Shown here piece after piece: positions 8,818 to 17,464 of a DNA stretch of 27,044 nucleotides. The stretch is from positions 54,576 to 81,619 of the forward strand of contig MTSL01000186.1 of NCBI GenBank assembly GCA_002794465.1, given 5' to 3'. Position 1 is the stretch's first letter, and each line of letters begins with the position of its first letter. Source of the stretch: Paramicrosporidium saccamoebae KSL3. Taxonomy: Eukaryota; Fungi; Cryptomycota. A model generated the notes under the pieces. It saw only the letters and a program-made list of their open reading frames with translations, ran no database searches and was not told the origin of the DNA. Both the position numbers and the translations under genes were made by a program.

Positions 8818-9472
8818 CTAACAGCTACGGCTAACGGGCTTTACTGGTGACTGGCCTCCAGTAGTGCCCTCTGCCTTTTCGTCGTCTTCATCATCGTCAA
8901 GCAGATCACATCCGCAATCGTAATGTGCGTCGACATCTTCGCACGAAAACTCTGGCTTTCCAAGGCGCTTGTTGACAATGTTATGAATAGTGCAAACATA
9001 CTGCGAGAACTCGGCCTGGGAACCCAACTAAAAGGTCAATGACAGGATGACGGCCTCTACCTTTGGTGGGTTATCAATCAACATCTGTCTCATGTGACGT
9101 GCGCACTTTGGACACGGGTAAAGATGGCTTATGAGCCCCATAAACTGATCCATTCGTGTCTTGTCCACATCGGTTGGCTCATCGGGATAGCGCGCCGCCA
9201 GCGTGTGTAACAATCTCCAAGTGGCATTGCCCAACAACTTTCTAAACTCTTCCTCATCCTTTGGACCCACGTCGTTCTCCACCTCAGATGTGGACTCGAG
9301 CGAGTACGAGATTGAGGCCACAGCTAGAGGATGAGTGCGGTCGAGATGGCATTTACGTCGGCGGTCTTTTGCTTTACATAGGCACCGACGCTCTGCAAAC
9401 ACTGCACTGCTAGAAATGTTAAAGACATTGTAGATGGTACCAAAACAGCAATAAAAGGGATATTAGGAGCAT
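8818..9472 (-). CDS. ERV2: FAD-linked sulfhydryl oxidase, Erv2 type, 196 aa, 3 exons
   Basis: Exons 9472-9441, 9409-9061, 9027-8818 (introns 31, 33 nt). Signal peptide MLLISLLLLFCSAVFA, LGNATWRLLHT, YPCPKC redox motif, CTIHNIVNKRLGKPEFSC, and the Erv2-type C-terminal CGC shuttle. Confidence 0.9.
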
Positions 9473-9639
9473 CGGCGGGGTGTGCTTAGGGTAGGGCAAT
9501 GTTTTATTTGGGGATGGCTGAGGAAGCACGGCGATTTGTTCCTTTTGATGCAGTTTCCATATTTAGACACTTATCAGAACAGTCCATATTAAATTGGCAA
9601 CATATCTAATAAATTACGGAAAATTCGTTAATCGACGTT

Positions 9640-11481
9640 ATGCAAGGGACCGATCAACCGGATGCCAAACGCAGTCGTAAAGGTAAGATTATGGAATGCC
9701 ACTTGTAAAATTTGCAGACCGAAGCAGGGATATAAAACGAAGCAGAATTAATACAGGCTCCATTCCAGGTATGGCCATCGCGCATACATGACCTTGTAGA
9801 ACTGGAAACTATGCCGGGAACACTAGACCCGCTCGTGTTTGCCAAGGCACGAACCGCCGAAGTTCTTCTACTCAAAAAGGAAATCCAAGATGGCGAATTC
9901 CGCGGTGCTCGACGCGTCTTCCAGACCCTCTCCAGGTCTATGAGACGCAGAGCGGCAAGTTACAATATACGCAGACTGCCTGTACGGCTACGTCAGAAGG
10001 CACTCGATGAGGCTGCTAAGGATCCTTCTACAGTGCAGAAAGCAATCAAGAAGCCGCCATGCAGAAGAAGGAGACGAAGAATGGGTGATATTGCCAAAAA
10101 TTTCGAGAGCAGGATGACAAGTAAGAGATGGCTAGAGACACATCTTTGGCATGCAAAAAGGGCAAAGATGGATAACTTATGGGGATATCGGATTGCCGTG
10201 AGGAGCAACGAAAAGTGTCGAAAATCATGCATTAGAGCGAGTGTGGCCAAATGTTTTCTTTATGACTCGTCCTATCATGAAATTGTACAATTTTCGCATC
10301 CATTCGGCGAATTCCTTGAAATGATCGAGCCTCACATTTCTGCTAAAATCCATGCCAACTCTACGACTCTGGGCCATTTTTTTTGGAACACTGATTTGTC
10401 TCATAATGGAATTATTATTGGCCCTGCCAAGCTGATACTCACAGTTCAAGAGGGCCTTCCCATCCTAAGAGCCATTGTTCACCCTTTAATCTCATCAAGG
10501 ATTCAAGTATTATTACCACAGGCCACCGTGGTCCGCGGGGAATACTCCATGTTTGAATTGGAGGGCTCTCAGAGTCCCGAGTTTTTGTCCTGTATTCTAT
10601 CGATGCAATTCAAGTATCCACAAGTATGCAGCTCGAATATTTACGAATGGAGCTGCAAGGATCCCCGTTTCGCCTTTCCTCAAAAATTGACAGATCGGCG
10701 CGAGCCCTGTGACTCGGACTTGACATCAATTGATGGCGATTTTTGGAGCAAGAGCGGGTCAGTACATCGAAAGAGCCAAAAGGAGATTAACGATTTACTC
10801 TCGCTCCACACAATTCCTGGGACAAAACTCCAGCCTACAGAGGCAGATCCAAGAATGCCTGTTTTGTTAATTTTTGAGACTATGGAGCAGATAATCCGGC
10901 GCAAACATCACCGAGTGACTGTGATAGTTCCCAAAGGATGGGGTTCTGCACTCTGGAGGTCGCTTATATTTGCAGGCGCACGATTCGGGGGCCTTGAAGA
11001 ACGTCAAGCTGTTGATGCCGAGCATGGACGGCCTGTTTTCCCCAATGACTACCCCTCCTCATCTGCATATCTGCCGTATTCTGAAAAACTATTTAAAGAA
11101 TTGGAGGATAAATGGAACAGACGACCTCCAGCCAAGCGGATTAATTATTCCCGTCTTGGTATCCAACAGCCTTTCAGGATCGATCTCAGTCTTTTGGGTG
11201 AGAATTGCAAAATTTGCAGATTGGAATGTACTGGACGAGGAGTCCCAGAATGGAATGGACGTGTATTTATAGATGGTCAGCTCGTTGGATTTATTACCAC
11301 AGGGTTCTATTCCCAGACTCATGGAAAGGGCATAGCCTTTGCCACATGTGCGATCCAAAACCTGCCCATTCCAACCCAACAACCGACTGACCCAATTCAA
11401 CAACTGACGTGCCCTATCCAAGTTTCCATTTCAGGCTTTGAGGGGCCCCATAGATCTGCAATCATTACCAAAATATTTTAG
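9640..11481 (+). CDS. POP1: RNase P/MRP subunit Pop1, 591 aa, 3 exons
   Basis: Two small 5' exons (9640-9682, 9718-9768; introns 35, 31 nt) splice in frame to 9800-11481. Motifs FQTLSRSMRRRAASYN, WLETHLWHAKRAKM, WGYRI, VPKGWG..LW, E.G...FPNDYP, NRRPPAKRINY, GFITTG.YS...GKG.A. Confidence 0.9.
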
Positions 11482-11506
11482 AAAACAACCTGTTTAATGA
11501 ACCAAC

Positions 11507-12892
11507 TTATTTTGGAAGCATAGCCTCCAACTGCCGAATTCGGATAGACTTTTGCGCCAGATCGCTCTTTAGTTGCCCATTCTCCTTGCTCAGACTACGC
11601 CAAGCCTCACGCAGAGCCTCTTCAGTAGTCGGCTCTTCCTTCTCTTCTTTCAAGACCGTACTGGATATGGACATTTCACGACGTGGTGCCACAAATGACA
11701 CTTCCATGCTAGCCCGACGCGGACAGCTAGTTTTGCCGGCAAAAAACTCTGATGCCGACAAGGCGGGTTCACCCGATAATGCATCGGGATAGATATCGTG
11801 AGCAAAATTGGTGGCACTGTCACGACGAGGCACCTTGAACGACAGCGGTTCCAGAATGGGCTGACTCCCATAGACTTTGATGAAGCGCGCAATCTCATTG
11901 TCATTGACACTGACGACCCGTTTTGGAAGTAGGGCCAATCCTCGCTGCGGATCAACCGACTTGTACTCGGAAAGAGGAAAGAGATAGGGCGCCTCAGACA
12001 ATAGCTCATAGTATCGGATGTTTCCGTCACCCCGACCAGCGAGGTACACAAGTCCACAATCGGGATCAAAGAATGGCAAAAGTGGTCCGGAAGCCGAATC
12101 GACAGAAATCATTGTTAGCGGTGTTTCCAAATTGCGCGAATCCCACAAGGCCACTTCCCGTTCACTCGAGCGTCCAAATCCGGTGGTCAGAAGCTGATTA
12201 GTTTCGCCTAACCATTGCACACGGATTCCCTTTACACCAGTATGTGCTTGCTTCCTCTCTGCCACCGCTGCTGTGCCGGAGCGTGGGTCAAAGATGCGCA
12301 CTGTCTTATCGCGACTGGTGGTGGCCAGTTTATCCCCAACAAGAGCCCAACTCTGGTCCAGTACTGCGTCAGTGTGTCCCGTTAGAGTCTGATGGGCTAC
12401 TCCCTTGGTCACATCCCAAAGACGGACTGTCATGTCGTGACTGGCACTGGAAAGCACTGCCTCGGCAGCAGGATGCCACGTCAGATCGACAATTCGTCGT
12501 TCATGACCCTTTAGCTCTCCTGCATATTCAGAGGTCGTCTCGGTAGGTCCGCCCTCGGGCACATTCCAAACAAGGATTCGGCCGTCATCTCCCGCCGACG
12601 CCACAACATGATCATTAAATGGACTCCAGTCGGTATCTAAAACGGGTCCTGTATGTCCGGTATAGAGGGGCACTGCGGTGGGGAGGCGTCCCGTCTTTTC
12701 CAATGGCTGGACGAGGAATGCACCGCCGCCCGCGCTATCCCAATGGACAGAGAGGAAGAGTGGGTTGGCTTTGACAAGGTGCCAATCGTTGCTGTCGAGC
12801 GAGACTGACGCACCCTCATAGCACGACTCGCGCTTGCTCCCAGTCCCAAAGACGTGGCGATACTTGCTACTGCGGACTATCTTGGCTGTCAT
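11507..12892 (-). CDS. CRN1: Coronin (actin-binding WD40 protein), 461 aa
   Basis: Starts MTAKIVRSSKYRHVFG; WD40 repeats (GHTGPVLDTDWSPFNDHVVAS), LAGRGDGNIRYYE, QRGLALLPKR, FKVPRR, C-terminal coiled coil. The true ATG is at 12892; the ORF-track extension to 12973 runs into the intergenic duplication. Confidence 0.97.
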   Translation of the reverse strand: MTAKIVRSSKYRHVFGTGSKRESCYEGASVSLDSNDWHLVKANPLFLSVHWDSAGGGAFLVQPLEKTGRLPTAVPLYTGHTGPVLDTDWSPFNDHVVASAGDDGRILVWNVPEGGPTETTSEYAGELKGHERRIVDLTWHPAAEAVLSSASHDMTVRLWDVTKGVAHQTLTGHTDAVLDQSWALVGDKLATTSRDKTVRIFDPRSGTAAVAERKQAHTGVKGIRVQWLGETNQLLTTGFGRSSEREVALWDSRNLETPLTMISVDSASGPLLPFFDPDCGLVYLAGRGDGNIRYYELLSEAPYLFPLSEYKSVDPQRGLALLPKRVVSVNDNEIARFIKVYGSQPILEPLSFKVPRRDSATNFAHDIYPDALSGEPALSASEFFAGKTSCPRRASMEVSFVAPRREMSISSTVLKEEKEEPTTEEALREAWRSLSKENGQLKSDLAQKSIRIRQLEAMLPK

Positions 12893-12900
12893 TCGTGTGT

Positions 12901-13196
12901 TTGTATCGTTATGTCTGTCAACACAAGTTACTATGGTTGGACCGCAAAACCTGAATATGAAATATTCATGCAATTTCCCCTTTTGGGAGTGGTAGTTTTA
13001 CGTGACATTACAAAATATTTTAATCAGAAAACTAAAGTATTCAGATCACTATTGTATTGTTATGTCTGTCAACACACACACACACACACAAGTTGCTGGA
13101 CCGCAAAGCCTAAATATGGAATAGTCTCACACAATGTCCCCTTCGTCACTACAGTTGTACGGATATATCACAAAATACTTTAATTGAAAAACTAAA
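12901..13196. repeat. Diverged two-copy tandem duplication (period about 151 nt) filling the coronin-CLIP170 intergenic gap
   Basis: 12901-13036 and 13052-13196 share ttgtat(c/t)gttatgtctgtcaacac, tggaccgcaaa(a/g)cct(g/a)aatatg, cccctt, cacaaaata/tacaaaata and aaaactaaa in the same order. Confidence 0.9.
13072..13090. repeat. (AC)9 microsatellite
   Basis: Read directly; the equivalent position in the other duplicate copy has only (AC)2. Confidence 0.95.
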
Positions 13197-13201
13197 AAGG
13201 G

Positions 13202-16200
13202 TCAAGCCGAAAAAGGATTCGGATCATTGATTGCTATACCAGGATCCCTGGAGGAGCCACTACCACACTGATCCGCCGCATGGCCGGTTTGCTTGCATAT
13301 ACTACAGACATTTCCATCCAACACCAGGCCAGGAGTACGTCCAGCACCATGTGCTTCCAACGATGCGAGCAGCTCTTCATACTCCTCATGGAGTTTTTCC
13401 ACATCCACATCGGCGGGCTTGTAAATGCGCATAAATGACGCCACCGATTTTATGGGATTTAGGATACGCCATGATGATTCTTGATGTGTTTGATGGAGTT
13501 CGTCAATCAGATGACCCGCCTTGGTGAGGAGTGCATGCTGTTGCTTAATTCCAACCTCTGTTTTCAGTGTCTTTAGAGCCTCGCGGATCGTGATCAACTC
13601 AGCTTCGAGAAGGGCCTTTTCGTGTTCCAAGGACACGTTCATTCGCTTTAGATGGACCTTTTCGGCAGTAACCTGGTCGTTCTCCGCTTGTAAGCGCTTC
13701 ACCACATCCGACTCTGAACCTTCCTTTCCAGGCTGTACAATCTCTTCCAGTCTCGTACGGAGTTGCTGGATCTCCTCCTCCTTGACCGAAAGTCTCTCTC
13801 CCGCCAGCTGCAAATCTTCTTTCAAAGCATTAAACTTGACAGCAAGCCGTTTCCTACTCTCGTCTGTATTTTCCAAATCAGCAATCCTTTGCTGCAAATC
13901 TAACAGTTCTTTCTCGGCCAAATCAAGCATTTCCTTCTTGTGAGTATTATGAGACTCGAGTTCTTTCCTCTTTTTAATTTCCTCATCAAGAGTTCGCTGT
14001 AGTGCGTGAGAATCTGCATTGCCCCCACTGACAGACGGGGTCGTTTCCAACTCTCGACACCTTTCCTGAGCAGTAGCAAGTGCTTGCTCCAACTTTTCAT
14101 TTTGCACCCGTAAATGCCTAAGCTCGTCGTACAAAGAGTCCAACTTGGAAATGTCATGCTGAGAAAGGCTGCCATCACGTAGATATGTCTCCTGCAGTTT
14201 TTCAAGACTGTCCTTTTGCTTCGTCAACTTTGTAATCAAAGATTCCTTGTCCTGCAGCATTTCGCGGGCAGTTTTTAGGTCCTCCTCCAACCTTGAGACA
14301 GCGGCAGTCGGTTTCTGGCCATCAGTGTCAATAACCATAAGACCCTCAGTCGAGCCCCGCTGGCTAGTCTGCAATTCTTGAATCTTCATCCTTAATATTT
14401 CCACCTCTCGGGAATCTGCATTCTGTGCGGCCTTTTGTAACCGTTCGCATTCCAACCGAGATTGCTCCAATGCCTGAGCGTAATCGTTTCGTTCTTTGAT
14501 AATCTTTTCCAGCGGCTTGTCTTCGCTGTATTTTACTTGAAGTTCATGCTGCAAATCTTCAATCTTCTTTTGCAAGATTTCCGCATTAGTCTCGCTCACT
14601 CTCGATTTGCTTCCGTATTCCCGCTTCAAATTTTCAATCACGACTTCTTGGCTCCTTACTGACTTCAAAGTCTCCCTGTGGCTCGCCTCAAGACGCGCTA
14701 GCTCATCAGTTCGGGTGTTAAGAAGCTCAGTCAGAGTATCAATCCGGTGATTTGCGCCATCAAGCTCAGTAGTCGCGTTGCGGAATTTGCCAGAATCATC
14801 GTGAAGAGCGCTCCGCAGAATATCCCTCTCTCTGACAAGATCGTCAATTTCCTTTTTCAAAATGTCAACTTCCGATTGGTTTCTCACAAGCGGGCCAGAA
14901 AACTCTTCAATCTTTGCCTTGGCCTTGTCCCTCTCCAGCTCTGTAGCGCTCAGCCTAAGCTGGATTGCATAGAGCTCAGTGTCCTTTTTCTTTTCCAGCT
15001 CATCACGATCCCTCTTGAGACTGTCAATTTCAGCTTGCAATTCGGAAACTTTGAGATCAAAATCGTCCTCCCGCTCCGAAGATAGCGGAGTTTCAGATTT
15101 GCCCACCACAAATTGAGCCTGATTGGCATATCTCCGCTTATACTTTGCAATCTGGTGCATCAAATACTTTTCCTGAGTCTCCTTTGCCTTGTATAGCTCG
15201 GCAAATTTGTGCTGTTCTTCGACAAGCTGAGATGCGATTCTCTCCAAAGAAACTTGAGAGTTTGCATCTGCTGACGAAACAATCGATAGGACCGCCTCCT
15301 TATTAGAGTGAGGCCGCGAGATGGATGCAACTTGACGCTGCAATTCTTCAATTCGCGCATCTTTCTCCGCTGCTTCAGCAGTAAATTTGATATAATTTTC
15401 CTCCAAAGAAGTGCGTAGTGCCTCAATCTGAGCACGATGCTTGACCTCTAGCTGCGCAGCATCCTGATAATCGATCAGCTTACTTTGCAAATTGGAGACT
15501 TGTGCATTTCCGAGTTCTTTTTCTTTTTTGAGAAAGTCGACTTCTTGCAACAGCTCGGATATTTTGGCATTTTCCTTGTGTAGCAGCCTAATTTCCTCCT
15601 CCTTTTCTTTTATACGTTCTTCGTATTTACGACATACGGCGACAGTCTCCGAATTGAGCTTTTCCAAATCATCCGCTTCCTGAGCGAGTATTTCGTTCCT
15701 TGCTCCGGTCAGAGTTTTGTTCTCCCCCACAAGCGCCTCATACTTTTGCTTTACAGTATTCAATTCGGCAGTCAACTCTCTCAATTGCGGACTGGTATCA
15801 CTAGACACGAGCTCGCTAAATTTGGCTCGCAGATCAGCAATTTCCTTACGAAGAACAGAGCGATCGCGATTGAGATTTGCAACATTTGAAGCATTTTCCC
15901 GTATTTGCGCCTTCAAGTTGTCTTCGATTTCATCCTTTGCCTGTAGCTGCTCCTGCACGAGTCGCAATGTTTCCTCTGCACCAAAAACTTTGTTTTTCGC
16001 TTCTTCTAGTCTTTGTGCCAATTCCAGCCTCTCGTTCAGTAGCGCCTCTTTGTCTTGTTCAAGAAATCGTTGAGACTCTTTCATTGCAGCAGCTTCCTTT
16101 GGATTGCTTGAAGCCGTCTTCTCGCGCTCCGCCTTTAGCTGCAAAAAGTTTACCCGCTTGGCCTGTCTATCATAGCGACCCAACGATTTCTCATAGTGAT

Positions 16201-16858
16201 CCAATGCAGCCAACAGCCTCTCGCGATTCAATAGATAATCGCTGATGTCCTGGTGATCAGAAATCTGAAGCCTCAAAGCATTTAGCCCAGACTTTGCATG
16301 CTGCATCTCGGCATGGCGCTTCTCCAATTCAAGTTCCATGTTAGCGAGTGAATATTTATCAGTGTCGTTGACATTTGATATGGCCGAGGAATTCTTTTCC
16401 CGCAGCAATTCCACATCTAATTTGGCCATAGTTGGTGGCGTTTGAACATGTGCTGTGGCGGCAGAATAACTCTGCTTTGTGGTAATCATCGGAAGTGACT
16501 TTGTGATGGTGGTTTGGACTGGAGTTTTGACTTGCTCCGTCGTTATAGGAGGCGCTCTGCCGCTCCATTCCTCAGTCAGTGGTGTTTTGCTACTCCATTC
16601 GCCGTGGGTCGGGGCAGAATTTTTCCTCAACCGGGCAGAACGTCCCTCGGATGCCAATTTGCTCGGATGTACAAAGACAGCCTTGTTTGGCTCCGTTCTG
16701 AAATATTCCACACCTTCAACTGTCCCGTCATGTTTTCCCGTGGAATTATCTAGCTCAATGCCAGCCCAGACACCTTGCCTGAATTGTGTGGGGCCAAGAA
16801 AGCGGAGAGTCCCTGTGCTACCGTCATCTAAGGATACCCGGTCACCTACCGAGAACAT
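13202..16858 (-). CDS. BIK1: CAP-Gly, long coiled-coil and C-terminal CCHC zinc-knuckle protein (CLIP-170/Bik1/Tip1-like), 1218 aa
   Basis: N-terminal CAP-Gly (GTLRFLGPTQFRQGVWAGIELDNSTGKHDGTVEGVEYF), about 900 aa of heptad-rich sequence, terminal CSICKQTGHAADQC (CX2CX4HX4C). The knuckle favours CLIP-170 over p150glued. Confidence 0.75.
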   Translation of the reverse strand: MFSVGDRVSLDDGSTGTLRFLGPTQFRQGVWAGIELDNSTGKHDGTVEGVEYFRTEPNKAVFVHPSKLASEGRSARLRKNSAPTHGEWSSKTPLTEEWSGRAPPITTEQVKTPVQTTITKSLPMITTKQSYSAATAHVQTPPTMAKLDVELLREKNSSAISNVNDTDKYSLANMELELEKRHAEMQHAKSGLNALRLQISDHQDISDYLLNRERLLAALDHYEKSLGRYDRQAKRVNFLQLKAEREKTASSNPKEAAAMKESQRFLEQDKEALLNERLELAQRLEEAKNKVFGAEETLRLVQEQLQAKDEIEDNLKAQIRENASNVANLNRDRSVLRKEIADLRAKFSELVSSDTSPQLRELTAELNTVKQKYEALVGENKTLTGARNEILAQEADDLEKLNSETVAVCRKYEERIKEKEEEIRLLHKENAKISELLQEVDFLKKEKELGNAQVSNLQSKLIDYQDAAQLEVKHRAQIEALRTSLEENYIKFTAEAAEKDARIEELQRQVASISRPHSNKEAVLSIVSSADANSQVSLERIASQLVEEQHKFAELYKAKETQEKYLMHQIAKYKRRYANQAQFVVGKSETPLSSEREDDFDLKVSELQAEIDSLKRDRDELEKKKDTELYAIQLRLSATELERDKAKAKIEEFSGPLVRNQSEVDILKKEIDDLVRERDILRSALHDDSGKFRNATTELDGANHRIDTLTELLNTRTDELARLEASHRETLKSVRSQEVVIENLKREYGSKSRVSETNAEILQKKIEDLQHELQVKYSEDKPLEKIIKERNDYAQALEQSRLECERLQKAAQNADSREVEILRMKIQELQTSQRGSTEGLMVIDTDGQKPTAAVSRLEEDLKTAREMLQDKESLITKLTKQKDSLEKLQETYLRDGSLSQHDISKLDSLYDELRHLRVQNEKLEQALATAQERCRELETTPSVSGGNADSHALQRTLDEEIKKRKELESHNTHKKEMLDLAEKELLDLQQRIADLENTDESRKRLAVKFNALKEDLQLAGERLSVKEEEIQQLRTRLEEIVQPGKEGSESDVVKRLQAENDQVTAEKVHLKRMNVSLEHEKALLEAELITIREALKTLKTEVGIKQQHALLTKAGHLIDELHQTHQESSWRILNPIKSVASFMRIYKPADVDVEKLHEEYEELLASLEAHGAGRTPGLVLDGNVCSICKQTGHAADQCGSGSSRDPGIAINDPNPFSA

Positions 16859-16888
16859 CTACATCATTAGCAGGATGATTCAAAGTAC
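16859..16888 (-). other. Putative 30-nt 5'UTR intron ending immediately before the CLIP-170-like ATG
   Basis: GTACTT...GCTAAT...TAG|ATG has the same size and signals as the other introns; I found no in-frame upstream ATG in the preceding exon. Confidence 0.45.
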
Positions 16889-17464
16889 GTTGCGGGAAGC
16901 AAGAGGGGACGCAAGCGAGGCAGGAATGTTTGCCGCCAATCGACGAATCCGTCGACCAATCAGTGGATCCGCTGCCCCATTAGCAACCACTGACGCGTCA
17001 AACTCTCTCAAATCGAACAGTCGGCCGAATCATAACATGTTGATGCAGTAAGGGGGTCAACTCGCGTTTAGGACAGAATTGATGTACATAGGTTGGTGTG
17101 ACGCCACAGAATGCAGTAGACGCAGAATCACTGATACAAACAAGGTTGTGAAGAAGCTATAGTTCAGTATTGAAAAGCATCCTCTTACTGACGACTCTAG
17201 CCCATATGTCTATATGTCTATGTTATCTCACAATCTGGTGTATTGAGAGTGACTACCTATCTATGAAAGGCGACATATGCTTAATAGAGCACTATCACAT
17301 CAGCAGATCCTTTATCATCTCGAGCTCATACATACGATACACCACACCACGTAATTTAGTGAATAATAACTCTCTCGCTTTAAAATACGGTAAGCCGCCT
17401 AGTCTGTTGTGATTGCTGATATTGACTGTGACTACCCTGGCGGCTTTGATACTCATCTTTCAAG

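Noticed and set aside
12893-12973. N-terminal extension of coronin in the ORF track
   Set aside because: It lies in the duplicated intergenic unit; the family N-terminus begins at MTAKIVRSSKYRHVFG.
12854-13183. 109-aa plus-strand ORF with repeated WTAKP
   Set aside because: The repeat and the HTHTHT run simply reflect the tandem duplication and the (AC)n tract.
16991-17000. TGACGCGTCA palindrome containing an MCB (ACGCGT) cell-cycle box
   Set aside because: A single copy; short palindromes of this size are expected by chance.
13231-17051. Numerous plus-strand ORFs opposite the CLIP-170-like gene (e.g. 13521-13943, 16479-17051)
   Set aside because: Ser/Phe/Leu-rich antisense shadows of a Glu/Lys-rich coiled-coil gene, with no motifs of their own. 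The same applies to the other opposite-strand ORFs overlapping called genes.
17170-17412. 80-aa ORF with a hydrophobic start as a secreted partner or header exon of the Crinkler-like gene
   Set aside because: It starts at TTG, has no motif, and I found no splice that joins it in frame to 17465.
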